NCBI GenBank assembly: GCA_905233445.1
Contig: CAJOEP010000002.1
Location: 23,108-87,107 of the forward strand
Source: an uncultured Bacteroidales bacterium
GTDB lineage: Bacteria; Bacteroidota; Bacteroidia; Bacteroidales; F082
Reading direction: 5' to 3'
DNA: 64,000 nucleotides
Shown: piece by piece, positions 9,080-18,030 of the stretch
How positions within the stretch are numbered: the stretch's first letter is position 1
Layout of the letters: each line of letters starts with the position of its first letter
Program-made: the position numbers and the translations under genes
The notes under the pieces: generated by a model
The model's database searches: none
Seen by the model: the letters and a program-made list of their open reading frames with translations, nothing else
Told to the model about the DNA's origin: nothing

Positions 9080-10006
9080 ATGATTAGATTCAAAACCAGG
9101 GGCAAAATCTTCGACGTCGCTGTCACCACCGTTGCGGGACTGGTCTCAGTCGGCACCATGATTTATGCCGTCGGACATTTCGGATTGAGCGAGTCGTGGC
9201 CCGAGCTGATTCTCAACATGTTTTATCTCGCCTGTCTGGTCATGATGGGTATGTTTTTCTTCAACAGGCTGAAGCCTGAGCAGGTAAACTACTGGTGTTC
9301 GGTTTGCATTGGCGTGACGATACTGCTACGCGACATACTCTTCGCGCCCCCGCTGGCATTCTACGCTCTGCATCTTGTGTGTCTCGTCCTTTCGGTGACG
9401 CTGCTTTGCATGCTCACCTATTTCTATTCGCGTAAAGACTGGAAGAACTACACCAAGCGCAACCTGTGGATGATTTGTGTCATCGACATGGTCATTGCCG
9501 CGCTCTACAACTACGACATCCACATCGAGCCGATCGACGAATATACCCCTTACCTCCTCACTGAGATATGGATTCGTCCGACCATCACTTATGGGCTGGT
9601 GGCTTGTTTCGTATCGGAAACCGAAGAAGGAATAGTGCAAAACACACATTCTACCGAACTGATTCGCACCAGCAAGAGCTGGGACGGCGCCCAGCTTCCC
9701 GACTATCTTCAAGGCCATCCCGAAATTGTAGCCATTAAGTATGAGATCCCAGCCGGACAAAAACTTAGCTGGCATCACCATCCAGTGATGAACCACGGCA
9801 TATTGGTGCAGGGAGAGCTCACCATCGTCAGCATCGACGGCACCGAAAAAACCGTATACGAGGGCGAGACCGTCGTCGAGATGGTAGGCACCATCCACCA
9901 CGGCGAGAACCGTGGCACAAAGCCGGTTGTCCTTTACATGTTCTACCTCTCGCAGGAAGGACTGCCATTATCGGTGCAGCACCCGGAGATAGCTAGTAAT
10001 CACTGA
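9080..10006 (+). CDS. Membrane protein with C-terminal cupin domain
   Basis: About 5 TM helices, followed by IRTSKSWDG...WHHHPVMNHGILVQGELTI...TIHHGENRG (cupin metal motifs). Confidence 0.7.
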   Translation: MIRFKTRGKIFDVAVTTVAGLVSVGTMIYAVGHFGLSESWPELILNMFYLACLVMMGMFFFNRLKPEQVNYWCSVCIGVTILLRDILFAPPLAFYALHLVCLVLSVTLLCMLTYFYSRKDWKNYTKRNLWMICVIDMVIAALYNYDIHIEPIDEYTPYLLTEIWIRPTITYGLVACFVSETEEGIVQNTHSTELIRTSKSWDGAQLPDYLQGHPEIVAIKYEIPAGQKLSWHHHPVMNHGILVQGELTIVSIDGTEKTVYEGETVVEMVGTIHHGENRGTKPVVLYMFYLSQEGLPLSVQHPEIASNH

Positions 10007-10252
10007 CACCTGTTTTTGCAAATAGTATTGCTGTCTGTGGCTACATGTAAATCAATAATTTTGTATCTTTGCAGCTTCGCCGTTGGGCTGCGGCATAGAT
10101 GATGATATATACGAATCCGTCGATGTCACGGAGAACGACGGCGCCGTGCCGGAACAGGAAACGACATCGGCTTCGTACTGCCAACCAACCACGGCAATGG
10201 CTCAGACACCCCATCAGCCCCACTCGGCTCAGGCCTTCTAATCCTCACCGCT

Positions 10253-10459
10253 TTAGGCGCAGGATATGCATTGAAGAAGTCTACACATTAAACGCCTTCG
10301 CCATGCTCCCATGCGGCTCTCGTCGAAAACGCCCAACAAATAGTCGCTCTCCTGCAGATTCACTCTCTGTCGGTTCTCGTTTTTCGCACGATAGCCCTCG
10401 CGGCGGTCAAGCAGGACACGTCCCCAACGGTCGGGCTATATGTAAATATCTTTATTCAT
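10253..10459 (-). pseudogene. hipA-like toxin remnant (in-frame TAG at codon 8, internal deletion, truncated)
   Basis: Reverse frame reads MNKDIYI*PDRWGRVLLDRREGYRAKNENRQRVNLQESDYLLGVFDESRMGA.... PDRWGR..L..RRE...DYLLGV.D..R.GA is the HipA N-terminal signature. The start lies 12 nt after the HTH gene stop. Confidence 0.55.
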
Positions 10460-10470
10460 CTTTAAAAAAA

Positions 10471-10773
10471 TTAACGTTTTGAAGCCCTTTGGTTTGTCAG
10501 CAGCCCGGCATCTTGAAGCTTTCTCCCTAAAACATCGTCTTTTGCCACATTCGTCAAATCATCTTCCAAACGAAGCACGATAAGCACCCTGAAATACATT
10601 CCAATGGCAACACCTTCGTCGCCACGCTCAATTTTTATCAAGGTGTTGCGCGAAATGCCGGCACGCTCAGCCACCTGTTCCGACGACAAGTCACGGCGCA
10701 AACGAGCGAGACGGAAATTCTCTCCAAGCTCGCGCATCATTCTTTCATGTTGAGGCAATAATGGACGTTTCAT
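10471..10773 (-). CDS. XRE-family helix-turn-helix regulator (HipB-like antitoxin candidate)
   Basis: HTH segment LSSEQVAERAGISRNTLIKIERG. An upstream 10-bp inverted repeat (ataatgttta/taaacattat, about 10776-10845) is a possible operator. Confidence 0.8.
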   Translation of the reverse strand: MKRPLLPQHERMMRELGENFRLARLRRDLSSEQVAERAGISRNTLIKIERGDEGVAIGMYFRVLIVLRLEDDLTNVAKDDVLGRKLQDAGLLTNQRASKR

Positions 10774-10961
10774 ATCATAATGTTTAAAATACTGCGCAAA
10801 AATAATAAATTTTGTTTAACAAAATAAACATTATTAAAAAATTTTTGTCATAAAACTCCAAACTTTCAAACTCTACACTCCGTAAAGACGTGCCATGGCG
10901 CGTCTCTACTTGCAAAATTTACAAAATTTGAATATTTTAGCATTCTTATGGTACTTTGTTC

Positions 10962-11015
10962 GCACAAATTGCTTATCTTTGCCTTTTATTTCGTACTTTA
11001 CTATTTAAAAAAAAT
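10962..11015 (+). promoter_or_regulatory. Shared promoter/5' leader module (copy B)
   Basis: aaattgcttatctttgccttttatttcgtactttactatttaaaaaaaat. The similarity to copy A continues through the first 6 codons (MIRFKT). Confidence 0.6.
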
Positions 11016-12641
11016 ATGATAAGATTTAAAACCACATCGATTCTCGCCGCCATCATTATCTGCGGCGTTATCTTGCTCACCGGCTGCAAGAAGGAAAATT
11101 CAAGCACCGTCAACCCAAACAACAACCAGTGGGGCGCTGAGACGCTCACCTTCAAGGTGAATAATTCCTCCGACATTATTATGAAAAAAGTGGAAGGTGG
11201 AGATTACTCAATGGAATATATGTACGATGACCAAGTGGCGACAGTCACAGGAACGCTCTCCGACTTTTACATCTGTCCCGTCGAGGTTACCAACAAGCTT
11301 TGGGATGCTGTGATGGGATGGAGACCCGAAGGACAGACAAACGACGGCGACTCATACCCCGTCAGCAATGTGAACTACTACGACATCGTCCGTGAAGGCG
11401 GCTTCATCGACAAGCTCAACGCGATGTGCGCCAGCCAGCTGCCATCTGGCAAACGTTTCGCGCTGCCAAGCGAAGCACAGTGGGAGTATGCAGCCCGCGG
11501 CGGACAACAGTCGATGGGCTACACATATTCCGGATCCAACACATTAGACGAAGTGGCTTGGTACATAGACAACTCTGACGGCACCACCCATCCCGTCGGC
11601 CAGAAGCAAGCCAATGAGCTCGGTCTCTACGACATGACCGGCAACGTCTGGGAATGGACACGCGATCATTTCGTCTATTTCGACAAGCTCCCGCTCGACC
11701 AAGGTCTCAACTACGTCTGCAACGCCGACAACAACTACCGTGTCAACCGCGGCGGCAGCTATGGCACCCGTCAGACGGGTCTCGAAACCGCCTACCATAC
11801 ATGGCTGGGAATACACCAGAACTATATAAACCGCGGCCTGCGACTTGTCCTCGTGGACAACTTCAACGAAGAAACTCTTGTGGAACCTATTCAGCCCGAC
11901 AACCTCCTTTCCATCGCCGTGAATAACGATACAGTCGGCTACTACCTCCCGATGGTTGAAGTGAAAGGCGGCGACTACGAGCTGGTTTACGAACGCGTTG
12001 GCGAACAGAAGACTTTCACAGGAACGCTCTCCGATTTCTATATCTGCCAAACCGAAACAATGAACTACATCTGGCAGACCGTCATGGGCTCGACACCCGA
12101 AGGCCAAACCGAGAGCGAAGGTCTCTATCCCGTCACGATGGTCAACTATGATGACATCACCGGCGCCGGCGGCTTCCTCGACAAGTTGAACATTATGTGC
12201 GTCGACCAGGTGCCTGCCGGGATGCAATTTGCCCTCGCAACCGAAGCCGAATGGCACTATGCCGCCACAGGCGGACGCAAGTCGAATGGCTACATCTACG
12301 CTGGCTCAAACACAATAGGCGATGTGGCATGGTATGCCGACAACGCCGGACAAGCTTCCCACTTCGTGGCCTCCAAGCAGCCTAATGAGCTCGGCATTTA
12401 CGACATGAGCGGCAACGTCTGGGAATACTGCAACGACTGGTATGCCGATTTGGCCGACCTCCCTGCCGACCAGGGCACCAACTATACCGGTCCCGAGTCA
12501 GGTGAAAAGATTGTAGGCGGTGGCGGCTGCTACGACAGCGCACCTTACACTTGCACCTCTGCCTACCACGGCCGCGAGAAAGAACACAACGGCCGCGACG
12601 CCACTCTAGGTTTCCGCATCGTATTGAGACATACAAACTAA
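11016..12641 (+). CDS. Lipoprotein with two tandem FGE/SUMF1 (formylglycine-generating enzyme-like) domains
   Basis: Starts at MIRFKT with lipobox LLTGC. Two roughly 250-aa repeats each carry GTLSDFYIC, AEWEYAARGG, GNVWEW/GNVWEY and RGGSY/GGGCY motifs. Confidence 0.8.
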   Translation: MIRFKTTSILAAIIICGVILLTGCKKENSSTVNPNNNQWGAETLTFKVNNSSDIIMKKVEGGDYSMEYMYDDQVATVTGTLSDFYICPVEVTNKLWDAVMGWRPEGQTNDGDSYPVSNVNYYDIVREGGFIDKLNAMCASQLPSGKRFALPSEAQWEYAARGGQQSMGYTYSGSNTLDEVAWYIDNSDGTTHPVGQKQANELGLYDMTGNVWEWTRDHFVYFDKLPLDQGLNYVCNADNNYRVNRGGSYGTRQTGLETAYHTWLGIHQNYINRGLRLVLVDNFNEETLVEPIQPDNLLSIAVNNDTVGYYLPMVEVKGGDYELVYERVGEQKTFTGTLSDFYICQTETMNYIWQTVMGSTPEGQTESEGLYPVTMVNYDDITGAGGFLDKLNIMCVDQVPAGMQFALATEAEWHYAATGGRKSNGYIYAGSNTIGDVAWYADNAGQASHFVASKQPNELGIYDMSGNVWEYCNDWYADLADLPADQGTNYTGPESGEKIVGGGGCYDSAPYTCTSAYHGREKEHNGRDATLGFRIVLRHTN

Positions 12642-12655
12642 AAGTAAAATAATAG

Positions 12656-13519
12656 ATGAAAACAAGCAGCTATCTCCAAATCAATCTGTCCGACTGGCAG
12701 CAGGTAGGCGAAGGCGGCAACGGAAAGACATATGTCAATCCCGAGGCTCCCGGCGAAATCCTCAAAGTGAACAAAGAACGTCTGAACACTTTGGAGGCGG
12801 TCAAGCGCGAGTACGACACATCCAAGGCCGTGGCGAATCTGGGTGTTTCCGTCCCTCAGATCTATAAGATTGTGCGCGTTGGAGACGCTTATGCCACCCT
12901 CTCCCAGCTTATCAAAGGCAAGAAATCGCTCTCGCGTATATGCCACGACGAGCCGGAACGCACGGAAGAGATGGCCAGGCTATTGTGCCAAAAGGGCAAG
13001 GAACTCTTCGCCACACCTTGCAATACGGTATTCTTCCCCAACAGGAAAGAGCAGGCGCTTCGTGCTATCGAAAAGATAACTTTTGTGAGCAAGAAGAACA
13101 AAAAGACTATCCGAGCCTTCATTGAAACCATCCCGGAGAGCACCAACTGTGTGCATGGCGACTTCCAGACTGGCAACATCATCCAGGCTGGAGAGGACTA
13201 CTATTGGATTGACTTGGATCGATTTGCATACGGAGACCCAATGTTCGACATCGGTCACCTGTTCATGATTTGTAAAATATACGCCCCCATGAAACAAGTG
13301 CAGGACATCTTCCATATGACACAGGAGCAGTTCCATCGGTTTTGGGACGCCTTTGCCAAGGAATACACAGCCCAGGAAGACCATGCCGAATTCGACATTC
13401 TGGCCGGCAAATTCGCCGCCGTCGATGTGGTTCTCCGTACGGTATTACAAACGCCGACATTCGTTGAGAAACTCTTCTTCGGAATATATGTACGTAAACT
13501 TGTAAAGAATTATTTTTAA
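12656..13519 (+). CDS. APH/choline-kinase-like phosphotransferase (paralogue 1)
   Basis: Catalytic loop HGDFQTGN and metal-binding WIDLDRF. Paralogous to 13525 and 20184. Confidence 0.8.
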   Translation: MKTSSYLQINLSDWQQVGEGGNGKTYVNPEAPGEILKVNKERLNTLEAVKREYDTSKAVANLGVSVPQIYKIVRVGDAYATLSQLIKGKKSLSRICHDEPERTEEMARLLCQKGKELFATPCNTVFFPNRKEQALRAIEKITFVSKKNKKTIRAFIETIPESTNCVHGDFQTGNIIQAGEDYYWIDLDRFAYGDPMFDIGHLFMICKIYAPMKQVQDIFHMTQEQFHRFWDAFAKEYTAQEDHAEFDILAGKFAAVDVVLRTVLQTPTFVEKLFFGIYVRKLVKNYF

Positions 13520-13524
13520 ACACC

Positions 13525-14376
13525 ATGAACACATACGAAACCATCGATTTGAACGAGTACGTTCGCACAGGCGAAGGCGGAACAGCCATCACCTACACCC
13601 ACAAGAGCCGCAACACGCTGGCCAAGCTCTACAATCCCGGCTTTGAGGCCGATAGGGCATTGGCGGAATTCCTCACCGCCCGCACCGTCTTCGAGATGGG
13701 CATCCCGACACCTGAACCCTACAGACTGGTGACCGATGGAGAGCGTTTTGGCGCCGAATACGAGCTCATCAGGAACAAACGCTCTTTTGCACGCATCATC
13801 TCAGAAGAGCCCGAGCGTTTGGAGGAAATCTCCCTGACCTTTGCCCAATTCACCCGTGAGCTACACACACGGAAAGCCGACACCGCCCGTCTCCATTCCT
13901 ACAAACAGACCCTCACCCGTTTCTATCAGGAAAAGGATCTTGTCCCGGAAGAATATAAACGTCGCGCCTTGGCTTTTATGGAGAGGGTGCCGGAAGCCGA
14001 CACCTGCCTCCATGGTGACACCCAGATAGGAAACATCATCACCAACGGCGACCGCACGCTGTGGATCGACGTGGGCGAGTTCAGCTACGGCGTTCCCGAA
14101 TGGGATATAGCCATTCTTTGGACGATGGCTCACAATATGAAGGCCGACCGCTCAGTCAACCTTTTCCACATTACTCCGGAAACCTTTAACAAGCACTGGA
14201 ATATCTTCTTCCCCGCCTATCTGGGAACTACGGATCCGGAGGCACTTGAAGCATATACCAAGCGCCTCTTCCCCTTCTATGCCGCCAAGGTCCCGTATGT
14301 CTTTGATATGGCTTACCACACCTCACTTCCGGCTGAAGCCTTGGGAAGAATCATTAATATGTTGCCTAATGTGTAA
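13525..14376 (+). CDS. APH/choline-kinase-like phosphotransferase (paralogue 2)
   Basis: HGDTQIGN, WIDVGEF, and MGIPTPEP shared with 20184. Confidence 0.8.
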   Translation: MNTYETIDLNEYVRTGEGGTAITYTHKSRNTLAKLYNPGFEADRALAEFLTARTVFEMGIPTPEPYRLVTDGERFGAEYELIRNKRSFARIISEEPERLEEISLTFAQFTRELHTRKADTARLHSYKQTLTRFYQEKDLVPEEYKRRALAFMERVPEADTCLHGDTQIGNIITNGDRTLWIDVGEFSYGVPEWDIAILWTMAHNMKADRSVNLFHITPETFNKHWNIFFPAYLGTTDPEALEAYTKRLFPFYAAKVPYVFDMAYHTSLPAEALGRIINMLPNV

Positions 14377-15265
14377 GATTCCGATTCTCGTCATGACACT
14401 CCTTGCATCCATCAACGTTTTTGCGCAGCAGTTCATTCCCGTAGAAGGGATTGTCAACGCGCGTGACCTTGGCGGATATGAGGTTCAGGGAGGATTTAGC
14501 GTCAAAACCGGAAAGCTCATCAGAGCCGCCCATCTTGCCGATGCCACGGATGCCGACATCGCCTATCTCGAAAGCATCCCCGTAGCATTGGTGGTGGATT
14601 TCCGGACGGACATGGAAATGAAGGGCAAAGCCGACAGGGACATTCCCGGTGCCAAGTATGTGCACCTTCCCGTCGATGTCAGCGGCAGCTCAAGAATCAC
14701 CGATGAGGAAAAGACCAGTCTTGCGGGTGGACAGAAGTTCGATGTCCGCGATATCGTCGTCTATGCCGCCTTCAACGAAAAGGCCCAGGCCTTGGTGGAG
14801 GCAATGTATCCCACGCTTTTCTTCAACCCTGATTGTCAGCGGCAGTTTGCCAGCTTCTTCCGTATGGTTCTGGAAACGGAAGATGGAGCCGTCATCTATC
14901 ACTGCAGCCAGGGAAAAGACCGCACAGGTGTGGCATCGGCGCTTCTGCTGGCAGCCCTCGGCGCCGACAGGGAGACCATTGTGGCCGATTTCGATGCCAC
15001 CAACCGCGTCTATGAGAAGGATGTAAAGGAATACAGCCAGCGCGTCATTGCCAATGGCGGCACAGAGAAGGAATTAGCCGTCGTCAAAGCCTTTCTGGGC
15101 TGCAACACAGAGAATTTCATCAAAGCCCTGGATGCCGTTGAAGAACAATACGGCTCTCTGGAAAACTATCTGAAAGGCCCGATAGGACTGTCGGAAGCGG
15201 ACCTCGAGACATTGAGAGGCCGTTACCTTATAGAAACGAATTCATCCAATCGCAAAAACCAATAA
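14369..15265 (+). CDS. Secreted protein-tyrosine phosphatase (CX5R, Y_phosphatase3-like)
   Basis: The ATG at 14369 overlaps the upstream stop. Signal peptide MCKIPILVMTLLASINVFAQQ. Active site HCSQGKDRTG. Confidence 0.8.
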   Translation: MCKIPILVMTLLASINVFAQQFIPVEGIVNARDLGGYEVQGGFSVKTGKLIRAAHLADATDADIAYLESIPVALVVDFRTDMEMKGKADRDIPGAKYVHLPVDVSGSSRITDEEKTSLAGGQKFDVRDIVVYAAFNEKAQALVEAMYPTLFFNPDCQRQFASFFRMVLETEDGAVIYHCSQGKDRTGVASALLLAALGADRETIVADFDATNRVYEKDVKEYSQRVIANGGTEKELAVVKAFLGCNTENFIKALDAVEEQYGSLENYLKGPIGLSEADLETLRGRYLIETNSSNRKNQ

Positions 15266-15268
15266 GCT

Positions 15269-15715
15269 ATGGCAAACAAACCCTTGAATACCGCTATTCT
15301 GGACCGCGCCATCATCTTCGCGGTCCGCGCCCACACCGGCACCGAGCGCCGTGGCAAGGGCTTCCCCTATATCGTCCACCCCATGGAGGCCGTGGAGATT
15401 GTCGCCACCATGACCAAAGGCATGAGTGAGGAGGAGAGCTGGCACACCCGCAAGCAGGCCGCCATCGACCGCCTGGCCCGCGCCTCGCACGACGCCAAAA
15501 TCGTTGCCTTGGGCGACAAACTCTCCAACATGCGGGCCATCGCCCGCGACTATGCCGAGATAGGCGACAAACTCTGGAGCCGCTTCCACGCCAAAGACCC
15601 CAAGGACCACGCCTGGCACTACCGCGGCTTGGCCGCCTCGCTCAGCGAGCTCAGCGACACCTTCGCCTACAAAGAGTTCGTAGCACTCATCAACCAAGTG
15701 TTCGGAAAGGAATAA
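15269..15715 (+). CDS. SpoT/Mesh1-like HD-domain paralogue lacking the HD motif (probable pseudoenzyme)
   Basis: Collinear with 21014-21589, except that about 45 residues containing LHDTVED are replaced by a single K (VATMT-K-GMSEEESWH). The gene is very GC-rich. Confidence 0.75.
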   Translation: MANKPLNTAILDRAIIFAVRAHTGTERRGKGFPYIVHPMEAVEIVATMTKGMSEEESWHTRKQAAIDRLARASHDAKIVALGDKLSNMRAIARDYAEIGDKLWSRFHAKDPKDHAWHYRGLAASLSELSDTFAYKEFVALINQVFGKE

Positions 15716-15727
15716 AAAAATAAAGAT

Positions 15728-17362
15728 ATGAAGAAACTTTTCATGGTGCTCGCCGCCACCCTCATCTGCGGCGCCAGCCTGCTCACCTCCTGCAGCAAGG
15801 AGGAGCCGGCCGCCAATAGCACCGAGCCCGACCGCAAGGTGCTCCTCGTCATCCTCGACGGCTGGGGCATAGGCGACCAAGGCGAGGGCGACGTCATCGC
15901 GAATACTCCCACACCTTATATCGACTACCTCAACGCCACCTATCCTCACTCACAGCTTCAGGCTTCGGGCGAATATGTGGGTCTGCCCGACGGACAAATG
16001 GGCAACTCCGAGACCGGACACCTCAACATCGGCGCCGGACGCGTTGTTTATCAGGATCTGGTGATGATAAACCACGCCTGTGACGACAACTCCATCTTGC
16101 AAAACCCTGAAATCGTGTCGGCTTACAGCTATGCACAATCCACCGGCAAGAGCCTTCACCTCATGGGCTTGACATCCGACGGCGGCGTCCACTCTTCTAT
16201 CAACCACCTCTTTAAGCTCATCGATATCGCCGCACAGTATAACATTGAGAACTGCTACGTGCACTGCTTCATGGACGGTCGCGACACCGACCCTATGTCG
16301 GGCAAAGGCTTCGTCATCGACCTACAGCAGCACATGGCGGAGGCAGGCACAGGCGTTGTGGCAACTGTCATCGGACGTTACTACGCCATGGACCGCGACA
16401 ACAACTGGGACCGTATCAAGCTGGGTTACGACCTGCTCGTACATGGCCAAGGTCGTGAGGTGACGGACATGGTGGAAGGCATACAGTCGTGCTACGACTC
16501 GCACACACCTGAACACAAAAACACCGACGAGTTTATGGAACCGCTCGTCAACAGCAACGTCGACGGACGTATCAAGGATGGCGACGTGGTCATCTTCTTC
16601 AACTTCCGCAGCGACCGTGCCAAAGAAATGACCATAGCGCTCACTCAGCATGATATTCCGGAACATGACATGCAGACCATTCCAAATCTCCAGTATTACT
16701 GCATGACACCATACGACGACTCTTTCACAGGCATACACGTCATCTTCCCTAAAGGAAATGTTGAGAATACCCTTGGCGAATACATAGCAAGCAAAGGCTT
16801 GAAGCAGCTGCATGCTGCCGAAACCGAGAAATATGCCCACGTGACATCATTCATCAACGGCGGGCGAGAAGAGCCGTTCGAGGGAGAAGACCGCATCCTG
16901 GTGAACTCTCCAGCGGTCGCAACCTACGACCTCCAGCCTGAGATGTCGGCCTACGAGTTGAAAGACCGTCTCATCGAGGCGCTCAACACCAACCGCTACG
17001 ACTGGATTGTGGTGAATTTCGCCAACGCCGACATGGTGGGACACACAGGGTTTTACTCCGCCATCCAAACGGCGGTGCAGACTATCGACCAGTGTCTGAG
17101 CGAGCTGGTGGAGGCAGCCAAAGCGAAAGGCTATGAAGTCGTCATCACTGCCGACCACGGCAATGCCGACCATGCCATCAACGACGACGGCACACCCAAC
17201 ACCGCCCACTCCACCAACCCTGTTCCTTTTATCTACGTGACAGAGAACCTTAACGCGAGGGTGAACAATGGTGTCCTGGCCGACGTGGCTCCTACCATAC
17301 TACACATCATGGGACTTGGACAACCACAAGAGATGACCGGACAGTGCCTAATTAATGAATAG
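15728..17362 (+). CDS. gpmI: 2,3-bisphosphoglycerate-independent phosphoglycerate mutase with an N-terminal lipoprotein-type signal in the long ORF
   Basis: LILDGWGIG, the [10 protein letters not shown] catalytic Ser, and ADHGNAD. The first 35 aa, [26 protein letters not shown], form a lipobox signal. An alternative in-frame GTG lies at about 15838. Confidence 0.9.
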   Translation: MKKLFMVLAATLICGASLLTSCSKEEPAANSTEPDRKVLLVILDGWGIGDQGEGDVIANTPTPYIDYLNATYPHSQLQASGEYVGLPDGQMGNSETGHLNIGAGRVVYQDLVMINHACDDNSILQNPEIVSAYSYAQSTGKSLHLMGLTSDGGVHSSINHLFKLIDIAAQYNIENCYVHCFMDGRDTDPMSGKGFVIDLQQHMAEAGTGVVATVIGRYYAMDRDNNWDRIKLGYDLLVHGQGREVTDMVEGIQSCYDSHTPEHKNTDEFMEPLVNSNVDGRIKDGDVVIFFNFRSDRAKEMTIALTQHDIPEHDMQTIPNLQYYCMTPYDDSFTGIHVIFPKGNVENTLGEYIASKGLKQLHAAETEKYAHVTSFINGGREEPFEGEDRILVNSPAVATYDLQPEMSAYELKDRLIEALNTNRYDWIVVNFANADMVGHTGFYSAIQTAVQTIDQCLSELVEAAKAKGYEVVITADHGNADHAINDDGTPNTAHSTNPVPFIYVTENLNARVNNGVLADVAPTILHIMGLGQPQEMTGQCLINE

Positions 17363-17385
17363 ACAATAACAATTGAAAAAATATT

Positions 17386-17712
17386 ATGATTGAGACGAAG
17401 ATATATATAGGTCTTAACGATGCCACCACCAAGCAGCAGAAGCATAACACCGACACATATGTCGATATCATGAAATACGTCTGTAAAAGCTATCATGTGC
17501 CGTTCGCATTTTCCATCAGCGAAGGCGGATATCTCCACGAGAATGGCGATTACACTCAAGAGAGAATTCTCCTCATATCGCTGATGGATGCCGATAAGCA
17601 GATAGCCGAAGCCATCGCAAAAGACCTATGCGCTTTCTTCCATCAGGAAAGTGTGATGGTAACGGAGAGTGTGGTTAATGTCAGTTTTATTAAGGATAAT
17701 CTTAATATTTAG
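17386..17712 (+). CDS. Hypothetical small protein
   Basis: 108-aa ORF, last gene of the plus-strand operon. No motif recognised. Confidence 0.5.
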   Translation: MIETKIYIGLNDATTKQQKHNTDTYVDIMKYVCKSYHVPFAFSISEGGYLHENGDYTQERILLISLMDADKQIAEAIAKDLCAFFHQESVMVTESVVNVSFIKDNLNI

Positions 17713-17723
17713 CACTAGACGCT

Positions 17724-18026
17724 TTATTCTATCTCAAAAAGATTAAGGAATCCGGTCATCATAAACACCTGACGGATGCTGTTGCTGATGTTTCTTACAA
17801 TCACCTTGCCGCCTTTGGCTGCTGATGCTTTGCGCAAAGCGAGAAACAGACGCAATCCTGAGCTGGAGATGTAGACAAGCTCCGTGCAGTCGAGTACCAC
17901 CATGCCGTTTGCGGCATCATTCAGCTGCTCGAAACTTGGTGCCACTTCTGTTGATGCAGGTGTGTCGAGACGACCTGCCAGATGGGCGATCGTCATGTCG
18001 TTTGTTTTTTCAATGTTAATAGTCAT
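17724..18026 (-). CDS. STAS-domain anti-sigma-factor antagonist-like protein (RsbV/SpoIIAA family)
   Basis: 100 aa. Carries LDCTELVYISSSGLRLF with the conserved phosphorylatable Ser context. Confidence 0.85.
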   Translation of the reverse strand: MTINIEKTNDMTIAHLAGRLDTPASTEVAPSFEQLNDAANGMVVLDCTELVYISSSGLRLFLALRKASAAKGGKVIVRNISNSIRQVFMMTGFLNLFEIE

Positions 18027-18030
18027 CGCG

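Noticed and set aside
10099-10482. 127-aa plus-strand ORF, and a plus-strand frame ending GLLILTALGAGYALKKSTH that looks like a C-terminal membrane anchor.
   Set aside because: The Arg-rich translation has no start-proximal signal. The region is better explained as the decayed hipA frame on the minus strand. The anchor-like frame has no start codon and two stops just upstream.
15242-15949. 235-aa minus-strand ORF, with similar long antisense ORFs at 11544-12257, 9326-9901, 55123-55689 and 57812-58429.
   Set aside because: They lie antisense to well-supported genes in GC-rich stretches. Their Ala/Gly/Val-rich translations have no motifs and are typical GC-driven shadow ORFs.
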